The notes under the pieces: generated by a model
Databases searched by the model: none
What the model saw: only the letters and a program-made list of their open reading frames with translations
What the model was told of the DNA's origin: nothing
NCBI RefSeq assembly: GCF_018977255.1
Contig: NW_024704742.1
Coordinates: forward strand, 105,774,001 to 105,838,000
DNA from: Callorhinchus milii
Lineage: Eukaryota
DNA: 64,000 nt
Direction: 5' to 3'
Made by a program: the position numbers and the translations under genes
In this document: one piece after another, positions 12,581 to 25,570 of the stretch
Position numbering within the stretch: the first letter of the stretch is position 1
Layout: each line of letters begins with the position of its first letter

Positions 12581-14723
12581 TGGACCATGAGGTTTGTCAT
12601 CAATAGAGGTGAAGTCGGGTACAAGGGGTATTACGCAATACTCACACATGCCTCGGCCACCTCCTGGAGCTTGCTTCAGTGCCTTCAGGAATCGGGGAGA
12701 CATTTTCTAATTAAATCGCCTTTCCCCTGAATTGGCTATGTTTTATTTTCTCTGTATTGCCTCTGACAGGCTAGCACCAGGAAAGATGTACAGGGTGAAT
12801 CTTGGGGGCAATTCTCCCGGGAGTGGACTTATGTGCCACTGGGTATCTTCAACCTCTTTCCTGTTTAAGTATCTTTGTATGAACCTTGCTGTGCGCAAAT
12901 TGACTGCTGTGTTTGGCTATAAGAACAGTTACTGTATTTGACTGCAATCACCTGTAAAGTGTTTTGAGACATTTAGACGTACCTGGCTGCTGAGACATTT
13001 TGACTTACCCAGCTTGAAGCGAGTACGTACTGTTCCTTCTAATTAGATTGTTACACTACGCATACATAGACCCGATGCTTTTTCCCCATTCTCTGCTTGT
13101 ATTTCTTACTGGTGTGGTTAAGGGTAGCACAGCTATGTGGGCCATACTGTTGCTGTAATGAGCTGAAAGTCAGGACCCACGAGGTCCCCATGCAAAGTCT
13201 TTATTCCAGGGCCCCTACCAGTGTTGCCCGTAGGTCTCCAGGCATCTGAACCTAGTGGGCAGATGTGCTCTGATGGCGAGGCTATTGGTTAAAGGGTGAT
13301 TCCATTACACTGAGTGCACCCCTACCACCAGCAGATTAGATTGTCAAGGAGGCGATTTCAATGGGTTTTTATGATGGCTGGGGCTCCCTCTTTGTCTCGG
13401 GGCCCCATACAATTGCATGGCTTACCTGTGCCTAAAACCACCAGTGTTGGAAGGCACATGGTTAATAATAAACTATGCTTAGGGAGCCTAGGGATTGATT
13501 TCTGCAAGAATTCGTCATTGTCTGTGTTGCAAATTTGTATTTCTTGTGAATTTGCAGAATTGTCGCAAACAGCCCAGTTTAGATGAAAAACTCACTGTTG
13601 AGTTTGCAGTAAAGCCTCCTGGCTTTTCCGTCTCGGATTTGCACAGGAAAGTGAAGTGGAAGATTCACACTGGACTAATATAAAAAGCTGATGCAAAATC
13701 TCCCATGGATTTAAACTGAAAATCAGATATGATCAGAAACCAACTCATGAATCAGCTCCCGATCTATTTCAATGCCTGGGAGATGTTCTGCCTGATGGGA
13801 ATTGCACACTACACAGAGCCAAAACCATAGGTGGGTCATTTTAACACCTCCTGCTTGAGGACAGCCATCACCATAATCCCCGTGGGAATCACACAATCTG
13901 GATGAGTCCATCCTGACTCAGTGGAAGCTGATCTGATTTTTTTAATGTAATGTAAGCACGCCTGGAAATGTTAAAATGAGTTTTAGGGCACTTAGAGCTG
14001 CAGTTTGTATTGACATCTGCTGTCATTAGGACTGCATAATTCGAAGTTACACCACACCTTGCTATTCAAATATAAACCACAGTACATGCAGCGATACGAG
14101 AATATAACGAAATAAAGAAAATGAAAATGCTATTTGATCCGCAAAGCCCTTCCTCTTTGAAAACCTATGCTTTTGCATTGGCACAAACTCTCCCTAATTT
14201 GTTTAATCTCCCGATACAAGGGAATAAGTACAGGTAAAACTACCAAGAAAATAAAACCGAGGTTTCACCTCAATTTCCCCAGGTAATTTGGGGAAACTCC
14301 AGGCAGCCATCTGATCTTGCAGTTCATGTTTGACAGATCATATTAGAAATGCACTGCTAATGATTTAAGGATGAAAATAAACTATTGGAAAGTTAGCTTC
14401 ACTCTTCAAATGTCACACCTTTATGATGCCTTAGGTAACTGGTTAAAATGAGGCATTTCTGATACCAATTTACATTTCACAACAAATCAATGATAATCTT
14501 TGCATTTGATATAGCGCTTTATCATAAAAAGACATCTCAAGGCGCTTCACAGTGTTTTTCTATAAAACGTAGGGAGGGTGTATTTACAGGCAAACACGGC
14601 AGCCAATTTGCACAGAGACAAACATGAAATGAATAACCTTTTTTTTCTCTCTGGAGGAGAGTTGGATAGAGCCGTGTTGAAGTTAACACCATGCACTGAT
14701 TTACTTCACTTTTTGTCTCACTC

Positions 14724-15386
14724 CCTTTCATTGCCGCAACATTGTCAGACTCCGCCACTGTCTCACCCCTCCGGTTGCCGAAACCCTCACCCATGCATTT
14801 GTCACATTAATCCTCGATTATGGGAACTCTCTCTTGATCGGCCTTCCCAACTCTTCCCTTCAGAAGCTGCAGATCATCCAAAACTCTGCAGCTCGTGTAC
14901 TCTCACCCACCAGGCTCCGTGACCCCATCACTCCCACCCTCGCCCGACTCCACTGGCTCCCCATCCCCCAGAGGATCGAGTTCAAGATCCTCATCCTCAC
15001 CTTTAAGGCTATCCATGGCCTTGCCCCCTCCTACCTCTCTTACCTGTTGATCCCAACCAACCTGCCTGCTCCCTCCGTTCATCGGGCTCCGGCCTGCTCC
15101 ATGTCTCCCGCCCTACCATCGGTGGCCGGGCTTTCAGCCTCTCTGCCCCCACACTCTGGAACTCCATTCCATTTCCCTTCGTCTCGCTTCCTCCCTTGCC
15201 TCCTTCAAGGCCGGTCTCAAGACCCTTCTTTTCAATCGTACCTTTGGTTGCTCTCCCACCTCTCTGCCTTCTCTCACCCCTACACCATCCCTCCCCCATA
15301 CTTGGGCCCCTAAACCTGACTGTTCAGTGCTTTGGGACATCCTCCCGACGTGAAAGTCGCTCTATAAATGTAATTTTGTTGTTGTT
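14724..15386 (+). mobile_element. L2 (LINE2) 3' fragment
   Basis: ORF 14834-15313 reads IGLPNSSLQKLQIIQNSAARVL…LARLHWLPIPQRIEFKILILTFKAIHGLAPSYL. Collinear with the 11921 copy; (GTT)n tail. Confidence 0.95.
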
Positions 15387-17998
15387 AGTTCTTAGTCCAA
15401 AAGCACATCAGATTCATGTGCTAATATTGTTGAATCCCATATCCTTTTGGAATGGCTCAACTTCACAAAAGTTCATGTGCTCCTATGTCCCTGAGACCCA
15501 CTCCCCCCTCAGATCTTGGTCTGAGACTTGAATCCACTAGCCGTATGGATGCTCACTGCCTCATTCCTGTGACTGTACAGACATTATTGCTACTGTGCCT
15601 GGCTCCTCCTCCTCCTGTATTTATCAAATATCTTGTTCAAATCCCCACTCCCCCTCTATCTCCTAATTTAGCAGGACAGCTACAGTGATCCTAACTAAAG
15701 GGATGTTAGCACATACTCTACTTGTTTGTCAAGAGTTGCCCTGTATAAGTGAAGAATTAAATGCTCATACATTTCACACCGTACACAATAGAAAGAGGTT
15801 TCTATTTCCCCCTCCCTTTAAAAAACAGCGAAGCCTCGGATGACAGATAAGGCCCCTTAAACCCTTTGAGTGTTACGGGAAAGTTTCTGCAGGCAGTCTG
15901 TAGACACGATAAGCTTAATGCTTGGGAGTGAAGCAGCAGAGCCTTGCGCACAAAGCACTGTTATGACTGCGCTGTAATCTTCCTTTTTGTTGCAATCACT
16001 CAGCAGTGTTACCATTAAACATGGCAAGAGTTTCAGGTTTGGTGTTAGGTGCAAACATGCTTCACAGCCATAAAGCAGAGTGCTGAACCTAATAGGATTA
16101 CATTGATGGATTGTTTTACAGTGCCTCAAAGAGGTAGGCTTCACTCAACAGTGTTAAAACGCCTATTGTTTTTAACAAGTCAAAGTTCAGCCTCAGCCTT
16201 GCACGCTTTTCCCTATTATTCCAACGACACACTTTTCCCAATATCCCAGAACACTTTGATATTACCATAGCAAATTGATGGCAAGGCTCCTGAGCGGTGA
16301 ATAGAATAGAATTGTACGAGAGACTGTAATATGATTCACTCCGCTTTGTCACAATCACACTTCATCAGTTCTGACACTAGGACCTAATAGTACTTAACAG
16401 TTTAATAGTAGAATATTTTTCATTTAAAAAAGGATCGAAAAAAGTACTGAGGATTTATCTTCATTTATCTTACTGCTTTGTCGGGTAAATAATGAGGTTG
16501 AAACAGGAGCACTGTCCTTTCATTTACTCACTCCATGCATGAGAAAGACATGTCTTATCACAATAGTGACACACACGTCCCCCATATATGCAAATAAAAT
16601 GTGAGGGCAGGACTGGGCTAAGAGGTTTGCTGACTCACCTAACCTGAGGCGAATAGAACATAACACGGTGTTGCTTCAGGTATTCTACTCTGCTGTCGTG
16701 AAGTCTGAATTAAAATATTGTTGCTGCAGTGAAGTTTAAGGAGTGGGCAGGTTAAACACATGCATAGGATTGCTTTCTGGTTCTGCTGGTTTGAATGCCA
16801 AGTAGCACTCGATTTCCAATAAAAAACGTTTGACAATTTTTTTTCGGTGGTTGGTGCAGCCATCAAAGATGGGAGACTTACCAGTTCTTGGTTTACAAGG
16901 CACATCTTATTTGCGACACTATTTTCTATGGATTATTTTCATTCTTGTTATAATTATAGTTGCCTGTTTCCAGCAAAATGTGTGTTACTATACAGGCAGG
17001 ATATAGATTACACTGTGTCTGTTCGGGGCCACATTTCACCAGACTGAGCTGGGTTTTATCACTGAAGGTAAGGGTAGGCTGTATAATAGCATGAGTTGTA
17101 GTTCTGCTTCAAGGTAAAGTAGCAAATGTGAAACGTCTGGAAGGACTGCTGGGTTCTTTATAAAAGTGCAAAGTTACCACAGCCTTGCAGTGCTTCGGCA
17201 GTAATCAGAAAGCCCAATTTATGATGGATTTTTTAACCTCAGGCTTTGGAAATGGGAGATCCTGTGAACATAAAATGTTTACAATGCAAAGTTATGTGTT
17301 TTTTCAACATACTGTATTACCATACTGCCTTTCAGTTTTAACTCAATGAACTTTTAATAATTTGCATTAATGCAGCTGGACGAAAAAGCATTGATTATAC
17401 TGTAATATAAGTGCGCTTTCTCATTCCTCCTATAATGTGCACCCGTGTATAATACACACTCTAATCTTTTTGGAGAAGATTACAGGAATGAATATGCGTT
17501 ATACATGGCAGTTGGGCCAGGGTTTGAGTCCTGAGTTGGGCCAGTGTTTTCAGTGTTGTCCGGATCGGTACCCTAAGCTGCTCAACTATGTCAGTCGTTT
17601 CATCGTCCTCCTACAAAAAAAATACACACTGTCATTAGATTTTATAGTAAATCCCATGAAGAGGTTTGAGATGTCCTTGTGATGTGAAAAGCGCTATATC
17701 AAATGCAAGGATCATTATTCACCTCTATTCGTGGCTCTCCAACAAAAACAACCAAACTGCAATCTGGAGCTTACCAGTAGCACATAAACTGGTGTCTCCT
17801 GGGTCCTGGCTTTCCTTGGGCCCTGAGCCAACTGAGTTGATATGTCTCTCGCATAATGTGCACCCAAAACTTTTAGAATAAGACTGTAGTGATACTATAC
17901 ATGAAACAATACAGTACATGTATTTTTATAATACAGGGCTCTGAGATCCCTCTACTGTGTCCCAATAATGTTCCTCAATCGCAGAAGGCTACCCTCGA

Positions 17999-18027
17999 TC
18001 TCCCCCTCCCCCCCCCCCCCCCCCCCC
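17999..18027. repeat. Poly-C tract (G-run on the minus strand)
   Basis: Direct reading. Confidence 0.9.
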
Positions 18028-18044
18028 ACACACACTTCCTGGCA

Positions 18045-18286
18045 CCAGTGTGAATTGCTTTAATTTTTCACACAATCCCCGGGCCTCTCGGAGTGAGATT
18101 GTCAATTCAGCAGTTTTGTGCTGTGAGCCCAACCCCACAAGGAGCTGGATTGAGACTGTCCAATTCCATTTCACACAAGATCCTTAAAGACAGTAGAGAC
18201 ATTCATCCCATCGGTCTGGGTTGGATTCGAACCCGCGTCTCAGAGGGGAAAGGTCAGTGTGTAACCCGCTGTGTCACCAAGTCTCC
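18045..18286 (-). mobile_element. Ancient tRNA-derived SINE, LF-SINE-like
   Basis: Reverse complement: ggagacttggtgacacag…cctttcccctctgagacgcgggttcgaatccaacccag…gtgaaatg…gtctcaatccagctcc…cacagcacaaaac…gagaggcc. Homologous to 55885-56260. Family name recalled from memory. Confidence 0.65.
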
Positions 18287-18691
18287 GACAGAGCAAATTT
18301 TAAATGGCATTTTCCTCTACACACAGGAACTCCTGGAAATCCTATTAATAAAAAACATTATTAAAGAGAGCCGTCATCTTCATGACAATCTTTTGATAAC
18401 GCTTATTATCTGATAATGCCTGTTTGTTTACAAATACACGCAGTGATAAAGCAAATTTTGTCAGCGTGTCGTCACGCCACTTTGTGGGACATCCTTGAGA
18501 TGCAATCGCACCTCCTAACTTCCCTTTCCTACAGAAAAACCCATCTGGTAGCACGTTTTCATGCAGAACGTGTCAGTTTACAATTAAATCATATAATTTC
18601 TGATAAACCGCTGTTAAATATTACATCCACTTACAAAGGATCAGCTCAGAGCCAGAGGCCTTTGTTCTTACACCAGATTTGGTTTACTCTC

Positions 18692-18706
18692 CCACCAGAT
18701 GGCGGC
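18692..18706 (+). promoter_or_regulatory. CTCF-like motif
   Basis: CCACCAGATGGCGGC matches the CTCF core CCASYAGRKGGCRS and lies in non-repeat sequence. Confidence 0.5.
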
Positions 18707-19183
18707 TCCCTGCAGTGGAAGTTCTGCTTCTTCACCAGCCTCTCTCCCTCTCGATAAGCAAACGTTAGTTGTTAAAGAAAGAACTTGTATTTTGATAGCG
18801 CCTCACACATTAATATGTCTCAAAACTCTTTACAGTAACCACTGTACTATCGAGCGTAGTGACTGGCCACTGGGGTCTATTGTACTAAAAATATCTATCA
18901 TTTTGTTATATTATTATTTTTCAGATGAGTTTCTGCCAACAAACTTATTTGGTTTTATTTGATTTTGCGATAGATATATTGCTAGAAATTGGATGAGTTA
19001 GCTAAATATAGAGAAACTAGAAAGCGCCCCTGGTTGAGCACGGCTTCACTTCTAACCCAATGGTCGATTGATGGGTCATCAGGTCACTGCTGAAATCACT
19101 TTCTGTGTCTGGTGTGCTGTGCAGGAAGTGCCACTGTCATTATTTCCTGCATGCTAAAATAAAAATATGACTATAATATGGCT

Positions 19184-19626
19184 ATAATAATAATCTTTGT
19201 ATTTGATATGGCACTTTATGATGCACGTGCTTTGTGCATAGGAATCACGTTGTCGAATCGTCTGAAAACTCTTCGATTTACTGTGAAGTGTAGTGACTGG
19301 GTATTTGTAAGCGAAGGCGGCAGCCAATTTAAACAAACAAATGGCACAAACAGCCATGGAATCAATGACCAATTTTATTTGGGGAATTTGTTGGCCAGGA
19401 CACTGGGAGAAAATCCCTTCTCTTTTCGAATAGTGCCATGGGATCATCTGAATAGGCAGATAGGAGTTTAGTTTCACATCTCATCTGAAGGACAGGACAG
19501 CATATCTAACATTGCACCCCCAGCACTGCACTGGGGATGGGGATATCAGCCTAGACGATGTGAGTTCAAAGTCCCGACATGGGGCTTGAACTTGCAACCT
19601 TTTGACTCAGAAGGAACAGCTGACAC
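19184..19626 (-). mobile_element. SacSINE1/DeuSINE-like SINE, near full length
   Basis: Reverse complement has the head ctgagtcaaaaggttgcaagttcaagcccc, body gatcccatggcactattcgaaaagagaaggg, the Deu core and an L2-type tail. Confidence 0.85.
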
Positions 19627-21604
19627 CTGACACATGTGCATTATGTAAAGGAATCATCACTGTCATGAAGGAAGTGTCATCAGCAGTGTTTCTTGCACAG
19701 AATTTTAGTCCCACTGTCTACCTCTTGTAGAGATTCCAGGAGTCTGTGTCTACCGAGGGTACACAAGCTGTATTGTCATACCTAAGTCCAGCAGAAACAA
19801 GAAGAAGAAGAAGTTGCATTTATATAGCGCCCTTCACAATAACGTCTCGGATACTTGAATAACAGTGTTTTCTGCCCCAGCCCATTGTGTGGAGCAGGAT
19901 TTGGGCATTCTGTTCAGTCAACCTAAGCCTATCATCCTTTTGCAAAAACACAGAAACATTTTGCTGACGGCATATAATAATTGTGTCAGCAAATTTCCTT
20001 TTTAATAAAGTTTAACATTTGTCATTCTGTTTGGATTCACTCCACCCTCGCTCCCAAAGAAATATCTTTGTATAACCAGGGGCTGCACTCACACAAATGT
20101 CATTCCTCAGCCACATGCCACAATGGAGTTAACCAAAGGAATTTGTGGAAGTGATTTGTTAATGACAACCATAGTTATCATGTTTGAAGCCTAATTATTG
20201 TGCCTACATGTTTAAATGGGTTAAGTTTGTACATCACCAACCTATTTAGAGTGTGATTGATTCCTTAAACAGCATCCATTGCACATCAATAGACATGGCT
20301 TCCATGAAACCAGGGAAAAGCTTCCTCATTAAAATACTCTGATGCACAGACATACATCCCCTCCCTTTGAGAAATGTGATGCATTATCAATCTCAATTCA
20401 CATACCACCAGAGCTGTCAGTCAAAGCAAAGTCTAACAATGTTAAACAAACTAGGCAGGGCATTACTGAAATGGCCGTTCTGGACTTAGTCAGAAGAAAC
20501 AGGAGTTTGCTAATTGGGTGGAAGTGTGTGCAAACACAGAGACACTGACAGTAGTGAAAAGCTCTGATATTTTCTTAACAGGTCCTGCTTTTGTCAGTAT
20601 CTACTCATGATCCAATCTGCACTGTGGGTTTTGGGTCATGTTCACAGAATATTTATACATTGGTTGAGTTAAGGAATGGGGGTGGGGCAATGCGTGTCTT
20701 AAGCAATATTTCTGGCTTGAAAGCCTGGACTTCCTAAAATAAATGAACTTTAGCCCTCGTCCTCCTGTAGCACTCAAGATGGCAAGCTGTGTGGCTGCAC
20801 TGTGATCTTTAGTTAATGAATTCTTCTCAGGGGGCCTTACAATATGCTGACGTTGAAGTTGGTTTTTAAAGATTTAACTCTGCTACAGCAGAATTGTGTA
20901 AATGATGGCAATAGACTGACTGGCAGCCCACAACCAAGTTGGATGGTGCCCTTGATAGAAGCACTTTTAAACCTTTGTCATTATTGATCAGCTCCCTGTA
21001 GCCAGTGCCAGTTAGTGCTATGGGTAGATAGTAAGGTAGTAACAGAGATTGAGAAGTGACGTCAAATCCACAGTCAGAGGCAAAGTTGCTCTATCCTTGC
21101 CTCCCTGGGTTTGCACTGGCTGGATCTGTTCCAGTGTTAAGTTCTTCTGCACGGAGATAGAATCTCAGCCCCTACCTTACACAGGGACATTTATCACTGG
21201 GTCATCGTGTGAGCATCTCTTTGCATAGAGCTCTTGCTACTCCAGAGTGATTGCTATTGGAACGGCAACAATTAATCAAATCACAGATGCAAAAATAGTT
21301 GCCAAGGCATCCTTTTGAATCTCCTGATAGCAATTTTTCTGAGATTCCACTCAGTTAGTCATTGCATAGATATGCAGAAAGGAAGTTGGCTTCTGTGCAA
21401 AATCTTAACTTTGTTCATGCTGAACTCTCATCTGTTTTAGATAAGATTTGATTATTTATATTGAAATCAAATGCCATATTGTCAAATGGGTTCTTATCAC
21501 CACCGATCCTTTCAAATGAACTCACGATCCAACCTTTTTTCACCTTTTCCTTTCCTGAAAGCGCTACCGCATGCTGAACATAGCTTTACAGACCTGTGAA
21601 GTTC

Positions 21605-21812
21605 CTCGAGACCTCACCCAGTGAGCCATTCTCTCTGCATGAGTGCAGACAGTGGAGGTCAGGTCTCACATGAGAGACATCACAACCAAGCCCAAACCCA
21701 ATCTTATCTGCATGTGAAATACACACATAAACTCTCATACCAACACAACATTAACTGGCTGATGAGCCAAAGTAGAAATACTATTTGATTGACACTTCCC
21801 AATCTAGGAGGC
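21605..21812 (-). mobile_element. AmnSINE2-like fragment, very decayed
   Basis: Reverse complement is loosely collinear with the copies at 28680 and 63250 (…gggcttggttgtgatgtc…cactgtctgcactcatgcagagagaatggctcactggg). Confidence 0.4.
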
Positions 21813-22405
21813 ATAGAATTACATTAGACTCTGCAATGTAACTGGGCCGTTTGACCCAACTAGCCTGTGCCATTGTTTATAATAATAATAATATTTACAC
21901 TTGATATAATGCCTTTCACTTAGAGAGGATGTCTCAAAGTATTTTACAGGATATACTGTAAAATGTAAACTGTGTGTTTTGTGGGCAAACAAATACTCCA
22001 TATGAGCTTGTATCCTTCCTAATCCCTTCTCATATACCCTGTATTCCCTTCTCCCTCAAGGTAGACATGCTGCTCTCCATTGTCTTAGAATTGGTGAAGA
22101 GTAGCTCCTGCTATATGTGTTCTTCCAGTTCTCTCTTTCTCCTCATACCCATGTAATGATGTTCACGAGGGCATAACAATTCTAACAACCTATCTCTTTG
22201 TCTATATCTTCAGTCACCTTCTGCCTATTCTCCTGGGTTCCACCTATCTCAGTGTTCCAGACTGAAGTAAAGAACTTCAAGATGTTTTGTTATGTGCTAC
22301 ACACACAATATATGTGCAAGTTGTTGCATAGAGGCGGAATTGCCCCAGTGTTAATCTGCTTCAGCCCAGTAAGAAGTGACACCATTGATTTGGACTCTAC
22401 CATTG

Positions 22406-22780
22406 TGGAGTCCTGTAACATTTGGTTAGAGCATTCATCTCGCAAGCGAGTGGACTCCAGTTCGATTCTCAGGTAGGCAACAAGTTCCCTTACTACATAT
22501 GCCTTTATTTACCCAGCAGTAAGTAGGAACCCAGTTGTTAGTCAGTTGGCGGATCGCATTCCGGGAGTAATAATCCCTTCAAATGAAATAATTTAAAAAA
22601 AATATATTAATTTGGTCACTCAATCCGTGACTGTTGGTGGGAGCTGTTGTGTGTGATTGGCTGCCGTGTTTCACCCACAAAAATATACAGTCAATTCACT
22701 TTACAGTATATTCTGTGAAGCGCTTTGAGACGTCTCATAAAGACGTGATAAGGCATTATACCAAATGCAAGGATTATTAT
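22406..22780 (+). mobile_element. Older, longer variant of the young tRNA SINE
   Basis: Same head (tggagtcctgta…ggttagagca), Deu core and tail as 48167, plus an extra segment at 22504-22567. Confidence 0.85.
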
Positions 22781-23931
22781 TTGATGCAGTGAGGCTGGTA
22801 ATGCTGACCACACGGGGAGGGGTGAGGGAACTAATACCAGTGAAGAATGAGACTCCGTAGACAGGATTCTAATGTAATCTGATTCTGCAGTTCAAAACAG
22901 GGTTTAATTGGCAACTGGTTTACATTCTGTGCCCACTCCTTAAATCTTCCTGCATCTGTGTATCTGCTTGGTGCTCGCCTGCTGGTTTTATAAACAAACA
23001 GACGCCTATCTGCAGTTCTCATCTGCACCTCCTGGAGCTATTTAGTTAGCACAGCAGCCAGTCTCCATCTCGCCCCTTCTTGTTGGGGCAAGTTTATGAT
23101 GCTTTCAGGCTATGCAAAACTGCATCAAGGAATGCAGTAAACATTTACCTTTTAGTGTATTTTATTCTTACAAGGAAATAAAAAGGAAAATACCAGGAAA
23201 TGCTCCCATTGGGTTTCTTAAAATGTAGCTGAAATATGAATGGAGCTATTTTCAATTTTGAGAATATCATGTTATTTTCAAAGGTCTCATTTACGATTAT
23301 CACAAATGCCAGGAGACACAGAGATCAGTACAATTTGTACAATAAAGAATGTTTGTAGAGTGATTTAAGATCTGCAATGTGAAGGGCTTTGATTGCAGGA
23401 CACCTCACCTGACCGTAGCCATGTTAATGTACAGTAGATATCACAGGAACAATTAAAACCATAATTTCATGGTAAGGACACCTCTGAAGCTGCTGTGAAA
23501 GTCAGAGTGCAGTTCCTGTATCCTGGTAAGGTACCCTCTGTTTGTATAGAGCAGGGGCCACTTTAAGAGAAAGCATTTAATTCTGGCACAACATTTAGGG
23601 TTGCACGATCCAATAGCTGGTAAATCCTCCTTATTCTTGCCACACACTAAATATCCCCCCCCTTAACTTGCCCTGCATTTCTTTCCTCCTTACAACAAAC
23701 TTTGATTTGTTGCTGAGGTTCAATAGGTTCTACCTATGAGTACAACCATTTTTGCACAAAGAAAACCATGACTTCCTTCTGTGTTTTGATATCCCTTCCA
23801 CACACTGATGGAGAAAAATTACTTTAAAACATATTTTACATTTATATAGTAACTTTCATATCAGGAGGATGTCTCAAAGTGTTTGACAAAGCTAGACAGA
23901 CACCCAAGTTTGCAGGAGGAGGAGGGGAGGA

Positions 23932-24164
23932 GAGCCAAATTCCACAAGGGACAATATTTACTTTTTTTTTAGCATTCCAGAGCATTCAGAATTGCGGAAT
24001 TGTTGAATTCAATCTTAACTTTAATGTGGTTTTCTGTAGTTCCTAAACAAACTAGCAGAAAACCAGCTTCGAAATTAAAACTGCATTGAAGAAAGTGCCA
24101 AATCATGGACACTGAAATGCCAAAGAATTAGAGTAATTCTAGACCCAAGTGGAATTTCGACCCC
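23932..24164. mobile_element. Palindromic MITE, copy C
   Basis: Ends gagccaaattccacaaggga / agacccaagtggaatttcgacccc. Inner aatcttaac…gaaaaccagc…aaattaaaactg is shared with the other copies. Confidence 0.6.
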
Positions 24165-25022
24165 TGAATTTCCCCTCTTGCTGGTGTATGGTTTCATGGA
24201 TCCCAACGGTTCCCTGTTAACTCACCCAAGTGGGTGTTCTTCAAGTCTGAACCCAGAGAATGAGTGTCAATAGGCTATTATATTGTGGTGAACATCACAC
24301 CAGAGCCCAGGATTGTTCTCACCCAAAGTACACACACATTTTCAAGCCATGGTGGAGGGGAGGTCATTGGTTGGAAAATATCCCCAAACGCAATTATAAT
24401 GCATGCTAACTTAAAACAGATTGGGAATACAACCTGTGACCTTGTGGTCTGTGTAGGTGCTGCGTTGGAAGATGTCGTTGCCTCTGGGCCATCTTCTGTT
24501 ATTTGCTTTAAAATGACGTGTATTACTATAAACCAAGTCACATGATCATATACACAATTTGTCACAGTCATCTTTGTTAGCCTTTTGCTTGTGCCACTGT
24601 TCTATTGACGTCAGCATTCCTTCTGTGTAGTAGTTTTTTTTAAAAATATCTGTCGATGTGTTTAAACCAGCAAGTCAATCTGGGGGTTTTGTTGACTTAA
24701 GTGCTTCAAGCATCGCTCTTGGAGTGTATGATGTTATCAGAAGAGGTTATTGAGTTACTGCCTTGTTAGCTGACGTTGCCTGTCTAGTTCCCGCACACAT
24801 ATATACATACATACGAGCCTGGAGAGTGTATTATTTCCTGTTGAAGTAAGGTGACGTAGATTAATAGTTGACTGGGCTGAAAACTGTAACAGACGGGACT
24901 TGGATGACTTCAGTGTCTGGAGGTTTATGAAGTCAACTGAACTTGGAGATTGTCTTACAACATTGTGGCATGATCCGAGACAGCTGCTATCATTTCTAAA
25001 GAAACAAAACAGTAATGATAGG

Positions 25023-25570
25023 GTGTCAGTCAGGTTCACTTGGTAGCACTTTCGCCTCTGAATCAGATACAACAACAACAACAAGATTACATTTGTATAG
25101 CGCCTTTCATGTCGGGAGGACACCCCAAGGTGCTGGACAGTGTACAGCATTTCAGGTAGTTGAGGGTTCAAGCCCAATGTTGAGACTTGGAACTCATATA
25201 GCCTAGACTGACGCTCCGATGCAGTGCTGGGGGTGCGCTACATTGTTGGAGGTGCCGTCCTTTGGATGAAACGGTAAACAGTAAACCGAGGCCCCATCTG
25301 TTTGTTCGGGTGGACATTAAAGTAGCTCAGGTGGCTCAAGGGCTAGTCAAAAAGAGAACAAAGTTTCTCCTGATGTCCAGGCCAACAATCTCCAAATAAA
25401 ATTGGTCCCGTATTCCATGGTTGTTTGTGGGACATCACTTGGTACAAATTGGTTGCCGGGTTCACCTACAAAATAACCAGTCGTTACACTTCACAGTATA
25501 TCTATGAAGTACTTTGAGATGCCCCCAGAAGTGAAAAGTGCTGCATCAAATACAATTATGTATTATTATA
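25023..25570 (+). mobile_element. SacSINE1/DeuSINE-like SINE with a nested antisense L2 tail (25070-25151)
   Basis: Head gtgtcagtc…tggtagcactttcgcctctgaatcag resumes as ttgagggttcaagccc after the insert. Body, Deu core and tail are present. Confidence 0.85.

Noticed and set aside
14834..15313. 159-aa ORF and similar ORFs at 4252 and 11921
   Set aside because: Frameshifted, 5'-truncated L2 ORF2 remnants, not host genes.
4060..15386. All three long L2 fragments lie on the + strand
   Set aside because: Too few copies to infer strand bias or host-gene orientation.
15488..15530. tccctgagaccc resembling the miR-125 5' end (also tggaagactag near 62986, miR-7-like)
   Set aside because: Only 11-12 nt match, with no matching remainder or precursor hairpin.
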